DNA of 64,000 bases from an uncultured Gammaproteobacteria bacterium (lineage in GTDB: Bacteria; Patescibacteriota; Patescibacteriia; UBA11705; JABHMO01). Location of the stretch: NCBI GenBank assembly GCA_964590105.1, contig CAZPYM010000002.1, forward strand, positions 26,697-90,696, in the 5' to 3' direction. Under the pieces are notes generated by a model. The model searched no databases. It saw nothing but the letters and a program-made list of their open reading frames with translations, and was not told the DNA's origin. Made by a program: the position numbers and the translations under genes. Positions 17,619-27,707 of the stretch are shown here, piece by piece. How positions within the stretch are numbered: the first letter of the stretch is position 1; each line of letters begins with the position of its first letter.

Positions 17619-19628
17619 TTAACTTACCATTTCCAAATGCGGAATATATTGCTTGTAACCTTTTCCTTTGGGCTTGTGCGCGCTGACTGTAATTTTTTTC
17701 ACTCCTTCAGGATATTCTTGCGTCGGCCTCGAGGTCCAGCGAATTATTTCTACATTTTCAAATCCTGAAATCCACAAAATAAATTTGATTTCTTCATCAG
17801 TCATTATGTAAGAAAGATATTGAATATCATCTTTTGTTTCCGGACTGTGTCCATACCATCCGTCAGCCATATCCGAATTTTCCCTGGTGGGCTGATCAAA
17901 AATCAATACCCCGCCGGCTTCCAGTGTGCGCCAAGCGGAATTCAAGGTTTTCAATAAATTACCCGGACCAAATGCCTCTAAAATTGTATGCCAAGTATAG
18001 ATAACACTTTGATATTTTTTTTCCAAATCGCGATCAGCATAGTCCATGATACTCGCCTGTTCAAAATCAAATCCACCAGGCAATTTCTCCTGTTTAATCC
18101 TTTGTTTTATTGTTTTTATAAATTTTTCATTAGTATCAATACCATCAACTTCATAACCAGCCTCAATCAAAGGCAGGGTAATCCGTCCATAGCCGCAACC
18201 AACATCCAGAATTGTTTTAACCTTGTTTTGTTCAAATATTTTTTGCAAAATATCCAGCTCCTGCTCTGTGTCCGCGGTTTCGTGGGCCCGACCTTCAATA
18301 AGATCTTCCACTGACGCATAAAATCTTTTTTTGGCTCGCATTAATCTGCGGCCGGAAAGAGAGGCCGGACTACTTTTTATTTTACTTACAAGCTGAATTA
18401 ATTTTTCAATATCTTCCGGTTTAAAATCGGCTATAGCAATGTTAGCGCCATGTTCCAGGTTGAATTCATTAAATGCAAAATCGTCTGATACGGAAACTAT
18501 AATCGGTTGTAATAAGTTCGTCTCCCATTCTGTAAAATCCTCATCTCTTTCATATTCGACTTTATATTCATCCAGATACTTTCGTAACGTTTCTACATAA
18601 TATTTTTTCATTTCCAATTTTGCTTTTTCAAAATCCAAATTGCTAGCCATAGCTGAAATCTTTTCTCGATATTCAATATAATCCTCCTCGTCCTTGAAGT
18701 CAGCCAAAAGGCCAAGCTTATTATTCTTATCTTTGTCACGATACAAAAAATCATCGCAAACATAGTCCACATCTTTTTCGTCATACTCGCTAATTCGGTC
18801 AAACAATTTTTTTAAATATTCATCAGAAAATGCCCTGTCAAGTACTTTTGCATCACCTGATTTTAAATATTGTACTGCGGCGCGAGACAGTTCTTCATAT
18901 TCTTCTAAAAAATCTTCCCAATATCCTACACCGGCCTCCAAAACCGTATCCGGATTAATTTCTTCTCTTGTCCAGCGAAAACTATTATTAAACGGGAGAA
19001 CTATCTCCTCGCCAATAAAACTTTCCATTCTTTTTTGTGATTCCCAATAATATCTTTCAATAAACTCTGACGCGTGTTTTCGTACCCGCGGTACAACCCA
19101 ATCTTGCTGAGAGTTTCTAAAATCACCTTCCCCACCTTTACCAAAAACAACAATTAATTCCGGTAAATTAGATAAGGCTAAGTCCCCCGCCCTAAACGCC
19201 CCTCGCCAATCATAGGCCATTTCTAAATTATGAATAAGGTCACCCGGTGATTTTAAGTACTGAAACATGTAGGAACGTGTATCAGGATCGCCGTGTTTGC
19301 CTTTTTCCCTGTTATGATCGTAAACCATTCGAGCCAACGCTTGCTCTCTTTTTTTCTCGTTGTCAAACGCGTCTTTATCTTCGTCAACTGGTTCACCTGC
19401 ATTTTTGAGTTGAATTATTGGATTTACAAACCAAACATTAAAAAATTTGGCTCGTTCCTTTTCCGCGCCGCTTTCTTTTAATCTCGCCCTAGCCATTAAT
19501 TCAACACTGGAAACAATTCTATCAGATTCCTTCGGCATTACCGGCGACTGTGTTTCCTTTTCTAAAATAGGCGCTGACTCCAAACTTTTAAATGATTTTG
19601 GCTCCTTCATATAATGGTAGAGTAGCAT
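17619..19628 (-). CDS. large protein with C-terminal class I SAM-dependent methyltransferase domain
   Basis: The C-terminal ~200 aa contain ILDVGCGYGRITLPLIEAGYEVDGIDTNE (motif I) and ...GGVLIFDQP (post-motif II). The acid-rich N-terminal ~450 aa are unassigned. Confidence 0.65.
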   Translation of the reverse strand: MLLYHYMKEPKSFKSLESAPILEKETQSPVMPKESDRIVSSVELMARARLKESGAEKERAKFFNVWFVNPIIQLKNAGEPVDEDKDAFDNEKKREQALARMVYDHNREKGKHGDPDTRSYMFQYLKSPGDLIHNLEMAYDWRGAFRAGDLALSNLPELIVVFGKGGEGDFRNSQQDWVVPRVRKHASEFIERYYWESQKRMESFIGEEIVLPFNNSFRWTREEINPDTVLEAGVGYWEDFLEEYEELSRAAVQYLKSGDAKVLDRAFSDEYLKKLFDRISEYDEKDVDYVCDDFLYRDKDKNNKLGLLADFKDEEDYIEYREKISAMASNLDFEKAKLEMKKYYVETLRKYLDEYKVEYERDEDFTEWETNLLQPIIVSVSDDFAFNEFNLEHGANIAIADFKPEDIEKLIQLVSKIKSSPASLSGRRLMRAKKRFYASVEDLIEGRAHETADTEQELDILQKIFEQNKVKTILDVGCGYGRITLPLIEAGYEVDGIDTNEKFIKTIKQRIKQEKLPGGFDFEQASIMDYADRDLEKKYQSVIYTWHTILEAFGPGNLLKTLNSAWRTLEAGGVLIFDQPTRENSDMADGWYGHSPETKDDIQYLSYIMTDEEIKFILWISGFENVEIIRWTSRPTQEYPEGVKKITVSAHKPKGKGYKQYIPHLEMVS

Positions 19629-19692
19629 ATCTCAGGGAAGAATCAAATTAAAAGCCCCTAGCTGATTCGTCAGCCTGGGGCTTTTTATTTCG

Positions 19693-19992
19693 TTATTCAA
19701 CCATTTCGGCGATCCGCTTGCCAAGCGGCTTCGGCGGCACAAACGGCGCATGCGCCGGCCGCTTGCCTATCACCTTCAAAACGACATCCTTGCGCAACTC
19801 GCGCAGGTCCATGTCATCATTCCAAATGGCTGCGAGCTCCACGGCCTCCTTGTCAAACCGGTCGCGATTCTGCAACACCGCTCTTGAAACGAGCCAGATG
19901 ATGCTGTAATTGAGCTCTTCAACCGCCTTTTTCAGCGCCCTAGCCAACTGCCCATTGTCGTAGAGCCACTCCGCTGTCTTTTGTTCACTCAT
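19693..19992 (-). CDS. hypothetical small protein (99 aa)
   Basis: Strong SD gggaggaggcagATG. A hairpin terminator follows its 3' end at about 19640-19680. Confidence 0.5.
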   Translation of the reverse strand: MSEQKTAEWLYDNGQLARALKKAVEELNYSIIWLVSRAVLQNRDRFDKEAVELAAIWNDDMDLRELRKDVVLKVIGKRPAHAPFVPPKPLGKRIAEMVE

Positions 19993-20188
19993 CTGCCTCC
20001 TCCCGCTATTAACTTGAAATCAATTCTCGACAGCCTACGCCAAACCGATTTTTCAAGCTTAACTCACGATTATTAAGTTGTCAACGACGAAAACTGGTCA
20101 CGTTAAGAATAATGTCCGACAATAAAATTGGCACACGCTATTATCACAAAAAAATAAAAGCCCGCTTTAGAAGCGAGCTTTGGATTGT

Positions 20189-20776
20189 CTAAATCGCCTT
20201 CACAATATCAGCGATAGCGGCCATAGCGCCGACGCCCACGTCACCGCAGGCGAGTTTGCGCGATACCGGCGGAACCAGACGAAGGTCATACCAAATCTTC
20301 AATTTCGCCAAATGTTCGTCCGTGACCGGATGCTCCCACATCTTCGTGTTCATGGCCGGCGCGATTATCACCGGTTTACTTCTGTCCCAAGCGCGCAGAA
20401 CGCATGTAAGAAGATTGTCGCAAATACCGTTCGCGGCCTTGGACAAAGTGTTGGCCGAAAGCGGCGCGATCACTATCGCGTCCGCCCAGTCGCGAAGCGC
20501 GATGTGCGGAATTGACTGATTCTTGCGGTAACGCAGGCTCGGCCACTCGTCAAAATCAGTCCAAATCCTTGCGCCAGATATATGCGGCAGTTTGCCCCAG
20601 CCGAACTTGGTTCTGAGCAATTGCCCCAGGAAAAACCAAAATGGCTTTTTCTGAAAATATCCGGCGCTGAAAGTTGAAACGATCTGCACCTCATGGCCGG
20701 CTTTTTCCAGTTCGCAAACCAGCTTCTCCGCAAGAGTGGCCGCCACGCTTCCGGTAATACCCAGCAGTATTTTCAT
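20189..20776 (-). CDS. coaC: phosphopantothenoylcysteine decarboxylase-like flavoprotein (CoaC / HFCD family)
   Basis: Block-wise alignment to the E. coli Dfp N-domain: KILLGITGSVAA, HIALRDWADAIVIAPLSANTLSKAANGICDNLLT, PVIIAPAMNTKMW, LACGDVGVGAM. Confidence 0.8.
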   Translation of the reverse strand: MKILLGITGSVAATLAEKLVCELEKAGHEVQIVSTFSAGYFQKKPFWFFLGQLLRTKFGWGKLPHISGARIWTDFDEWPSLRYRKNQSIPHIALRDWADAIVIAPLSANTLSKAANGICDNLLTCVLRAWDRSKPVIIAPAMNTKMWEHPVTDEHLAKLKIWYDLRLVPPVSRKLACGDVGVGAMAAIADIVKAI

Positions 20777-21495
20777 TTCAGCCTCCCCGCCAATGCTTCC
20801 GGCAATTCATCGCGACTAACGCTTTTCGCTTTTCCTTTGCGATCAATAATGTACGCGCGCTCGCGCGCCCATTCGAGGCAATTTGCCACAATCAGGTCAG
20901 CATCGGAAACTGCGCGACTGCGCCTCGCGATTTCAATCAACTCCTCGTCGCTCTTGCCGACTTCCAGCTTGAACTTGACGAGATTGCCTTTGAATCCCCA
21001 CTCTTTCCGAATCCTATCCACGATCTTGAAGGTTGGAACCATGCGCAAAAAAAGTTCCTGATGTTTGGAAGAAATCTTGGCGCTCGAATCAGCTTCTGTC
21101 AGTCGTTCGTCCGCGCCGCGCTCGAAAACGCCCGCCACCTGATAATCGCTAACCGCGGCGGAGTGAATTACTACATCATAGCCGCCGGTGCGAATTTCTT
21201 CTTCCATGATATCTGCCAATTCAGCAAAAGTCTTGTACAACAGCGCGCGAGGATGCCGTATTGGATCCCATGATGCCCCGCCTCCGCTCCGATATCGGTA
21301 TCCAGCCATGTATCGATCTTCGAACTCTTTGACAAGAAGCGGATTCGAAGTAACAAGTACAACCTCATTTTGATGGCCATTCCACGACAAATCGAAAGCG
21401 ATCTCCGTTCCCGTGCGGCCGTGAAAAATGTTCGTGATCGCCCGCACCTTATCGATCATCACCTGCGTAGAACCGGCGGTTACGAGAATTTTCAT
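20773..21495 (-). CDS. coaB: phosphopantothenate--cysteine ligase (CoaB) domain protein
   Basis: KILVTAGSTQVMIDKVRAITNIFHGRTG matches the Dfp C-domain I(L/M)ITAGPTREPIDPVRYISNxSSGKMG, plus IHSAAVSDY and DLIVAN. ATGA overlap with coaC. Confidence 0.75.
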   Translation of the reverse strand: MKILVTAGSTQVMIDKVRAITNIFHGRTGTEIAFDLSWNGHQNEVVLVTSNPLLVKEFEDRYMAGYRYRSGGGASWDPIRHPRALLYKTFAELADIMEEEIRTGGYDVVIHSAAVSDYQVAGVFERGADERLTEADSSAKISSKHQELFLRMVPTFKIVDRIRKEWGFKGNLVKFKLEVGKSDEELIEIARRSRAVSDADLIVANCLEWARERAYIIDRKGKAKSVSRDELPEALAGRLK

Positions 21496-21551
21496 TTCAC
21501 ACCTCCCGTTAATGTGGCCGTAAGGGCACGATTGGTAGCGCCCCTACGAAA

Positions 21552-21779
21552 TTAATCTTCAATGCCATTATTCGCGAAAATCGCGCCGAGCCACCGATTT
21601 GGAAAATCATCGCGCGTCAAGCCGTTTTCCTTGCCACACACCGCGCAATGAACCCAGAACTCGTGCGCATGACCATGACCGATGTCGCTGATTTTCACCT
21701 CTTCGCATTCAACGGCGAGAATACTCTTGCATTTCACGCAGGTAAGTTTCACCGTATCGTTATTTTTCAATACTCGCAT
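21552..21779 (-). CDS. small zinc-ribbon-like protein (CxxC...H...CxxC)
   Basis: LTCVKCKSILAVECEEV...HCAVCGKENG. Overlaps the upstream gene end by about 20 nt. Confidence 0.45.
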   Translation of the reverse strand: MRVLKNNDTVKLTCVKCKSILAVECEEVKISDIGHGHAHEFWVHCAVCGKENGLTRDDFPNRWLGAIFANNGIED

Positions 21780-22692
21780 TGTTCACCTCAAGGCGAAAAA
21801 GTTTCGTTGCATTTTTCCAATAAATATTCGCTTTCCCATCATCGCCGATTCCCCACGGATCTCCGGCATCCATATTATCGTCACACGCCCAAGGACCGGG
21901 ATGAATTGTACCGCCAAGAGATTCTACCAGCGCAATCGTATCTGCATACGATTGAATTGGGAAATCAGTGGCGAACATGAGCCGGTCGACTCCATTTGGC
22001 ACCAATGTGATAAAATGTTCAATTTCGGCGCGCAACGCTTCCTTTTCCTCCGGCGCATATTCGATCGTACCGGAAATGTCGGTATAAACATTCGGGCATA
22101 TGCGCATGAGATCTCGGAGCTCGCTAAAATGCGGATTACCAAGGTGCGCCACCACGAACTTCACGCGCGGAAATCGTTGCGCCGCGCCAAAGAATTGACT
22201 TGGCCGCGACAGATATTCCAGCTTGTCGAGCGGGCAGTCGGCAAAGCCGCAGCGCCTCTCGCTTGCATCGCTACAGCAGTGATGCAAGTAGCCGGAGTGA
22301 AGGATTACCGGCAGATTAAATTCTTCCGCCAACTCGTAAACCGGAAACGCAGTCACGCCGCTCGGCTTAAAATCTTGATATCCGGGATAAAGCTTGATGC
22401 CGACAATCCGCTTTTCTTGCGCCAGTCGGCGCAAACGCATTACGCCAAGCTCGACATTGCCCATCATGTCTAAACTGCCGCAAGCAACGAACAGTTTCCT
22501 ATCACCAATTCGCGTCAACAGTTCTTCGTTGTGCAAACCAGATCCCTTGAAAGGAAAGTACGTGGCCATTAGTACAATCTTTGTTACTCCGTGCTCTTCC
22601 GCTAATCTTTCCAGGTCCGCAATCGTCGCTGTTTCCGTGTGCAAATTCCACAACTTGTGATTCGTCGTATGCGCGTGGATATCGATGATCAT
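21760..22692 (-). CDS. metal-dependent amidohydrolase (TIM-barrel, amidohydrolase_2-like)
   Basis: MIIDIHAHT N-terminal metal-binding motif, with HSGY and D-containing strands later. Confidence 0.65.
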   Translation of the reverse strand: MIIDIHAHTTNHKLWNLHTETATIADLERLAEEHGVTKIVLMATYFPFKGSGLHNEELLTRIGDRKLFVACGSLDMMGNVELGVMRLRRLAQEKRIVGIKLYPGYQDFKPSGVTAFPVYELAEEFNLPVILHSGYLHHCCSDASERRCGFADCPLDKLEYLSRPSQFFGAAQRFPRVKFVVAHLGNPHFSELRDLMRICPNVYTDISGTIEYAPEEKEALRAEIEHFITLVPNGVDRLMFATDFPIQSYADTIALVESLGGTIHPGPWACDDNMDAGDPWGIGDDGKANIYWKNATKLFRLEVNNASIEK

Positions 22693-22837
22693 TGTAGGCC
22701 TCCATCCTTGTTAAAGAACGTTTAATCTTACAAAATTAGCCAAATCTGTCAATTCAACCGGTCTAGTACAATCAAGCGCAAAAACATAGTTTGCTTTCAA
22801 TTGTCAATGTTCACTCCACCTTCTTTATACATCCCCG

Positions 22838-22866
22838 TTGACAAACTGTTAATATGTGTTTACAAT
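22838..22866 (+). promoter_or_regulatory. sigma70-like promoter for TrmB paralog
   Basis: ttgaca-17-tacaat, flanked by ttgtcaa (22801) and ttgacaa (22838) inverted half-sites. Confidence 0.45.
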
Positions 22867-22917
22867 ATGTTGTAGACAGGCTCTGTCTTTGCGCAAAATT
22901 AAACAATAATAATTACA

Positions 22918-23697
22918 ATGAACCTTCGACATATGGCCCAAACAATAACAATATTAAAACAATTTGGATTAACGGAGACTGAAATAAAGATTTATTTAGC
23001 CGGATTGAAATATACTGCGCTTTCGGTCAGCGACCTAGTTAAACAAACGGGGATCAAACGCACAACCATCTATCATGCTTTGGAAACCTTGATTCAAAAA
23101 GGTCTATGTTCGAAAAAACAAATTATTGGCAAACAGGCATTCAACATGACTGCGCCAAAAAATATAGAAAACCTTTTAACTGAAAAAATTGATGAATTGA
23201 ACAAGCAAAAAACTGCTTTACATGAAATAATCCCCTTGCTCGAAGCCAGTCAAACCGCCGGGACAAAAATGGTTGTTTCGCATTATGAAGGCATTGAAGG
23301 AATCAAACTGGTAGTCGAAGATGCTCTTTATTGCAAATCCAGACATTGGGATATTTTGGCGCCGGTGAAAAACTTTTTTTCTGAATTTGATAAAAGTTAT
23401 GCTGACTATTTTGTAACAACCAGACAACAAAGAAGCTTGACCGCCCGCTCACTGTGGGAAGTTGCTGTGTCCCCACAAAACTTAACGCCAGCGGTCTTAA
23501 AAGAACGCAATCCAAGGATTTTACCAAAAGTTATGCACGGAAAATTTAAGTCAGTAATTTGTTTATATGATGATAAAGTCTTGGTTATTTCTTCTCTTAA
23601 AGAATTGTATGCAGTCCTAATTCAATCACAAGAATTTCATGAAACCATGAGCTCAATTTACGAGGGGCTATGGCAAAGTTCAAGGCCGGTTAAATAA
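22918..23697 (+). CDS. TrmB-family transcriptional regulator
   Basis: ILKQFGLTETEIKIYLAGLKYTALSVSDLVKQTGIKRTTIYHALETLIQKGL. Confidence 0.8.
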   Translation: MNLRHMAQTITILKQFGLTETEIKIYLAGLKYTALSVSDLVKQTGIKRTTIYHALETLIQKGLCSKKQIIGKQAFNMTAPKNIENLLTEKIDELNKQKTALHEIIPLLEASQTAGTKMVVSHYEGIEGIKLVVEDALYCKSRHWDILAPVKNFFSEFDKSYADYFVTTRQQRSLTARSLWEVAVSPQNLTPAVLKERNPRILPKVMHGKFKSVICLYDDKVLVISSLKELYAVLIQSQEFHETMSSIYEGLWQSSRPVK

Positions 23698-23934
23698 CAT
23701 TGCTTCATCAAACAAAGCTAGTAAAACAGAATACCCGAGTTCTTGATTAAATTAGCCCAAACCGACAGAATAAAATCAAAAACAAAAGAAGCTCCCAACG
23801 GATCTTCTTTTTCGACTCTCTTCGATTATTTACATTGCTTGTCGCAACAATGACAGCCAACCAGCCGACAAAGAACAATAAATACTCGGCTCCGAAATAG
23901 AACCGAACCTCATGGTTATGAATTGAAATTAAAA

Positions 23935-26900
23935 TTATTTTGCCAACTTACCCGCCTCTTGCAGATCCAGTGACAAAGTTTTGGAAACCCCATCCTCGCC
24001 CATAGCCACGCCATAAAGCACATCAGCCACGTGCATTACCACTCGATTGTGCGTAATAATGACGAACTGCGACCGGTAAGACAATTCCTGCAAGATAACC
24101 GCAAACTTATCAGAGTTTGCTTCATCAAGAGCGGCGTCAACCTCGTCCATGACAATAAAAGGGGAAGGATTGCTCTCAATAATTGCGCAAATAAGAGCTA
24201 GGCTCGTCATTGTTCTTTCGCCACCGGACAATGACGCAATATTATTAATTTTCTTATTTGGCGGCGCGACCATTATTTCAATACCGGTATTAACAGGGCG
24301 CGCCTTTTCCGCCGACAAAGATTCCTCACCCTCGGACACTTCCGCTCCATTGTTTTCTTCCGGCAAAACCTCCTCTTGTTCTTTTGTTTCCTTTTTCTCT
24401 TTTTGTACAATTTCTAATTTCGCCTTGCCTCCCTGAAATATTTTTTCAAAATACTTGGCAAAGGCCTGATTTATTTTTTTGAATGAAGAATTAAATTGCC
24501 GACTGATCACTTCATCTAGCTCGTCAACTATTTTTTCCAGATCCTTGATTGCTTTTTCCAGATCGAGCGCCTGTCCGCTCAGAAATTCATAGCGCTCGGA
24601 AACATCCCGGTGTTCATCAACAATTTCCGCGTCAATGCCGCCTATTTGATCAAGCTCATGTTTTAATTTACTGATTTCAAACCAAAGCTGATCAATGTTG
24701 ACTGCCTGCGCCAGCTGAATTTTTTCCAGCTCTTCCCCGGCGCCCAGCTCGCCGACAATTTCTTTGTCTAAATCTTCTTTTTTCGCATCCAGTCTGGCCA
24801 GCTGAATATTTACATCACTAAGTTCATTGTTTACTTCATTTAATTTTCCCTGATGCTCCTGCATTTCTCTTTGCAAGCGAAAAACTTCAGTTTTTTTCTT
24901 TTCTTCTTCCAAATTAAACTGGTCCAGTTTTGTTCTCATCTGCTGGGCTTTGTTTTCCAGCTCATCCAACTGACGCTCCAACTCCACTTTTTTGCTGGAT
25001 AAATTTTTCAAATACCGATCCTGATCAGCCGGAGCAACTTGATTTTCTTCAATTTCCGCGACAATTTTATTTTTTTCTTTACCCAGAGTTTCTAAATCAT
25101 TACTGAGTGCTTTTTGTTTTGTTTCGCTGACCTGGATTTCCACGCGCAAATCATTAATTTCGTTTGTAAAATTCTGCCGTTGGCGCGACAAATCTTCAAT
25201 CTTTGATTTTAATATTGCTATTTCTTTTAATTTTTCCTCCTGACTGCTCAAACTTTTTTCTCCTCCATCCACCAGCCACGACAAGCTGCCGCGCCGCGTA
25301 TAGCCGCCGCGCATAGCGCCGCTCTTTTCAAAAACATCGCCATCAAGTGTCGACATTCTCTCCAGCCCCACGCCCAAGTCCCTAGCATTTTGTACATTAT
25401 CTACAATTATTGTACCGCCAAAAACAAAATTATAAATTTTTCTGAACTTCTGATCAAAATTAATCAGATCAACCGCAAAACCAATGGCTCCAGTATGTTC
25501 CAATAATTTTTTTGATTCCGCCCTCGGAGCAAAACCTTGAATTTTATTCAAAGGCAAAAACGTGGCTGTTCCCAGCTTGTGCTCTTTTAAATAATTGATA
25601 CATTTAACAGCCACTTGATCGTTTTGCACGACTATTGCCGACAATCTATTACCGGCCGCGGCCGAGAGCGCGGTTTCATACATTTGATCAAGCGTGGCCA
25701 GCCCACTAACTGTACCATGGATGCCCTGAATTGAATCTTTTTGCCGCAAGATCGCTTTGACCGATTCATAACCCGCATTGGCCCTACCGCCGCTTTTTAT
25801 CTGAGCCAGATCACCTTCAGCCGCCTGCAAATTATTATTTAAAACTGTGAGCTGATCAGCCAGATCAAAAATCATTTTTTCCGCTTCTTCCTGATTTTGT
25901 TTTTTGAGCAATAATTTGTTACCCACGTTATTTAGACTCTCTTTTATTTCGCCGGCTCGACGCTCCAGCTCTTCTTTTTTATTTTCCAACCAAGATAAAT
26001 TTTGCTTTCCCACCTTCACATACTCCAGGCTCATTTTCCCCTTGAGCACGGCCATGTCTTTCAATAAATCATTTTTTTCAGTGGTAATTCGGTTATATTC
26101 TTTTTGTAAATTATTAAAAACATCTTTCCTGGACTCCTGTCTGGCTGATTCGGCCAATAGACGTGAAACATTGTCCAGTCGAAGCTGTAAATCCTGCTTT
26201 AATCCGTCTTTAATATTAAATTTTTCTTCATACTGATCTCTATCAGATTTCATTTTTTGCAAAATGTGCGCATAGTAAGTCTTTTGCAACTCGCGCAGGC
26301 CATTTTCCACTTCTTTTCTTTTTTCCAGTTTTTTTATTTGCCGAGTCAGGGAGCGGAGACGCGGCTCGAGCTCAGCCAAGATCTTATTTGTTTGTTCCAG
26401 ATTGTCTCGCGAGCGGCTGAGACGATTGACCGACTGATCACGTTTGATCTGATATTGTTTTACGCCGGTGGCTTCGTCAAAAAATTCTTTGCGTTCAAAA
26501 GGCGAGATATTAATAATGTGATCAACCATTCCCTGGCCGATAATGCCGTAGCTTCTCTGGCCGAAATTCGCCCGCGCCAAAAGAATCAAAATATCATAAA
26601 GACGCACTTTGCTTTTGTTAATCAAATATTCATTTTCACCGTTCCGGTAAACCCGACGGGTGATGGCTACTTCGCTATAATCAATGGGCAATTCTTTGTC
26701 TTCATTATTCATGTACAAAATCACTTCGGCAAAACCCTGCCTGGCTTTTTTTTCACTGCCGCCGAAAATCACCTCTTCTGCTTTTTTGCAACGAATCAAT
26801 TTCAAACTCTGTTCGCCCAAAACCCAGCGGATGGCGTCGGCAACATTTGACTTGCCAGAACCGTTCGGCCCGACAATGCCGGTAATGCTTTTTGCCTTTG

Positions 26901-26988
26901 TGTCATGATTTGACTTTTCCGGAAACTCAAAAACTGTCCTTCTGGCGAAAGATTTGAATCCTTGAATTTCCAGTCTCTGTAAATACAT
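23935..26988 (-). CDS. smc: chromosome segregation protein SMC
   Basis: N-terminal Walker A GPNGSGKSNVADAIRWVLGEQS, long coiled coils, a hinge, and C-terminal LSGGERTMTSLALICAI...VMDEVDAALD signature and Walker B. Confidence 0.9.
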   Translation of the reverse strand: MYLQRLEIQGFKSFARRTVFEFPEKSNHDTKAKSITGIVGPNGSGKSNVADAIRWVLGEQSLKLIRCKKAEEVIFGGSEKKARQGFAEVILYMNNEDKELPIDYSEVAITRRVYRNGENEYLINKSKVRLYDILILLARANFGQRSYGIIGQGMVDHIINISPFERKEFFDEATGVKQYQIKRDQSVNRLSRSRDNLEQTNKILAELEPRLRSLTRQIKKLEKRKEVENGLRELQKTYYAHILQKMKSDRDQYEEKFNIKDGLKQDLQLRLDNVSRLLAESARQESRKDVFNNLQKEYNRITTEKNDLLKDMAVLKGKMSLEYVKVGKQNLSWLENKKEELERRAGEIKESLNNVGNKLLLKKQNQEEAEKMIFDLADQLTVLNNNLQAAEGDLAQIKSGGRANAGYESVKAILRQKDSIQGIHGTVSGLATLDQMYETALSAAAGNRLSAIVVQNDQVAVKCINYLKEHKLGTATFLPLNKIQGFAPRAESKKLLEHTGAIGFAVDLINFDQKFRKIYNFVFGGTIIVDNVQNARDLGVGLERMSTLDGDVFEKSGAMRGGYTRRGSLSWLVDGGEKSLSSQEEKLKEIAILKSKIEDLSRQRQNFTNEINDLRVEIQVSETKQKALSNDLETLGKEKNKIVAEIEENQVAPADQDRYLKNLSSKKVELERQLDELENKAQQMRTKLDQFNLEEEKKKTEVFRLQREMQEHQGKLNEVNNELSDVNIQLARLDAKKEDLDKEIVGELGAGEELEKIQLAQAVNIDQLWFEISKLKHELDQIGGIDAEIVDEHRDVSERYEFLSGQALDLEKAIKDLEKIVDELDEVISRQFNSSFKKINQAFAKYFEKIFQGGKAKLEIVQKEKKETKEQEEVLPEENNGAEVSEGEESLSAEKARPVNTGIEIMVAPPNKKINNIASLSGGERTMTSLALICAIIESNPSPFIVMDEVDAALDEANSDKFAVILQELSYRSQFVIITHNRVVMHVADVLYGVAMGEDGVSKTLSLDLQEAGKLAK

Positions 26989-26989
26989 C

Positions 26990-27060
26990 TTAGTACTTGG
27001 TTAATAGTGCCTAGTGTCTAGTAATAGTAAGGAATGGTACTTAGTGAATGGCGTTTATAA
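26990..27060. repeat. imperfect direct repeat (left flank of four-helix-bundle gene)
   Basis: tagtgcctagtgtctagtaatagtaaggaatggtacttagtgaatggcgttt resembles the right flank gtttagtgatatggcgtttggtaatggtgactaatgtctagtgttatagtac at 27480-27535. Confidence 0.5.
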
Positions 27061-27064
27061 AAAT

Positions 27065-27466
27065 TCAACTATTCTTTTTGTGATATTCTGCCCATGAATT
27101 TTTCAATTTTGAAATCTGTTTGCAGGTAATATTATATGTATTAATCAAATCATTACATTTACTCTTATCGATAAAGCCGGCATAAACATCAATACATACT
27201 GATGAATGATGAATCATCTCGTTCGCCTCTCCCAAAGTATCATTTAAATACTTTTCCCAATTTTTCTTTTAAAATCGTTTAGCAAATCCTTCGGCTATTA
27301 AAGCGGGGGCGGCTTTTGATGCTCTTTTCATTTGAGAACATAAACCAAACCTTTCATCGCTCGATAAACTTGATACTATCTCCATATGCACTACGAGCAT
27401 TGCTTTATATAAGTTCTGATAAATAATCAAATCTTGAAAAGATTTAATGTCCGTTTTATTCTCCAT
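27065..27466 (-). pseudogene. four-helix-bundle protein (the family often annotated as 23S rRNA intervening-sequence protein), frameshifted
   Basis: The N-terminal part MENKTDIKSFQDLIIYQNLYKAMLVV...ERFGLCSQMKRASKAAPALIAEGFAKRF stops at 27269. The expected C-terminal half KKNWEKYLNDTLGEANEM... continues in another frame from about 27268 downward, near a ttttaaaag run. Confidence 0.55.
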
Positions 27467-27707
27467 ATTTTAGTAATGGTGTTTAGTGATATGGCGTTTG
27501 GTAATGGTGACTAATGTCTAGTGTTATAGTACCCGAGCACAATTCACTCATCACTCCGGGCACCAACAACCACTCACCTCCGCACACATGTCGTAATTAT
27601 ACCAAAATTCCCCATTCAAAACAACGCCAGGTTGTTGACAACAATTTTTACCTCCAATAAAATATATGCTAAAATATCTTTGCCCTTAACCGAAAAGGAG
27701 GCTTTCC

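Noticed and set aside
21682-22473. 263-aa plus-strand ORF
   Set aside because: Antisense to the amidohydrolase gene, which has the clear IDIHAH motif.
26257-26850. 197-aa plus-strand ORF
   Set aside because: Antisense to smc.
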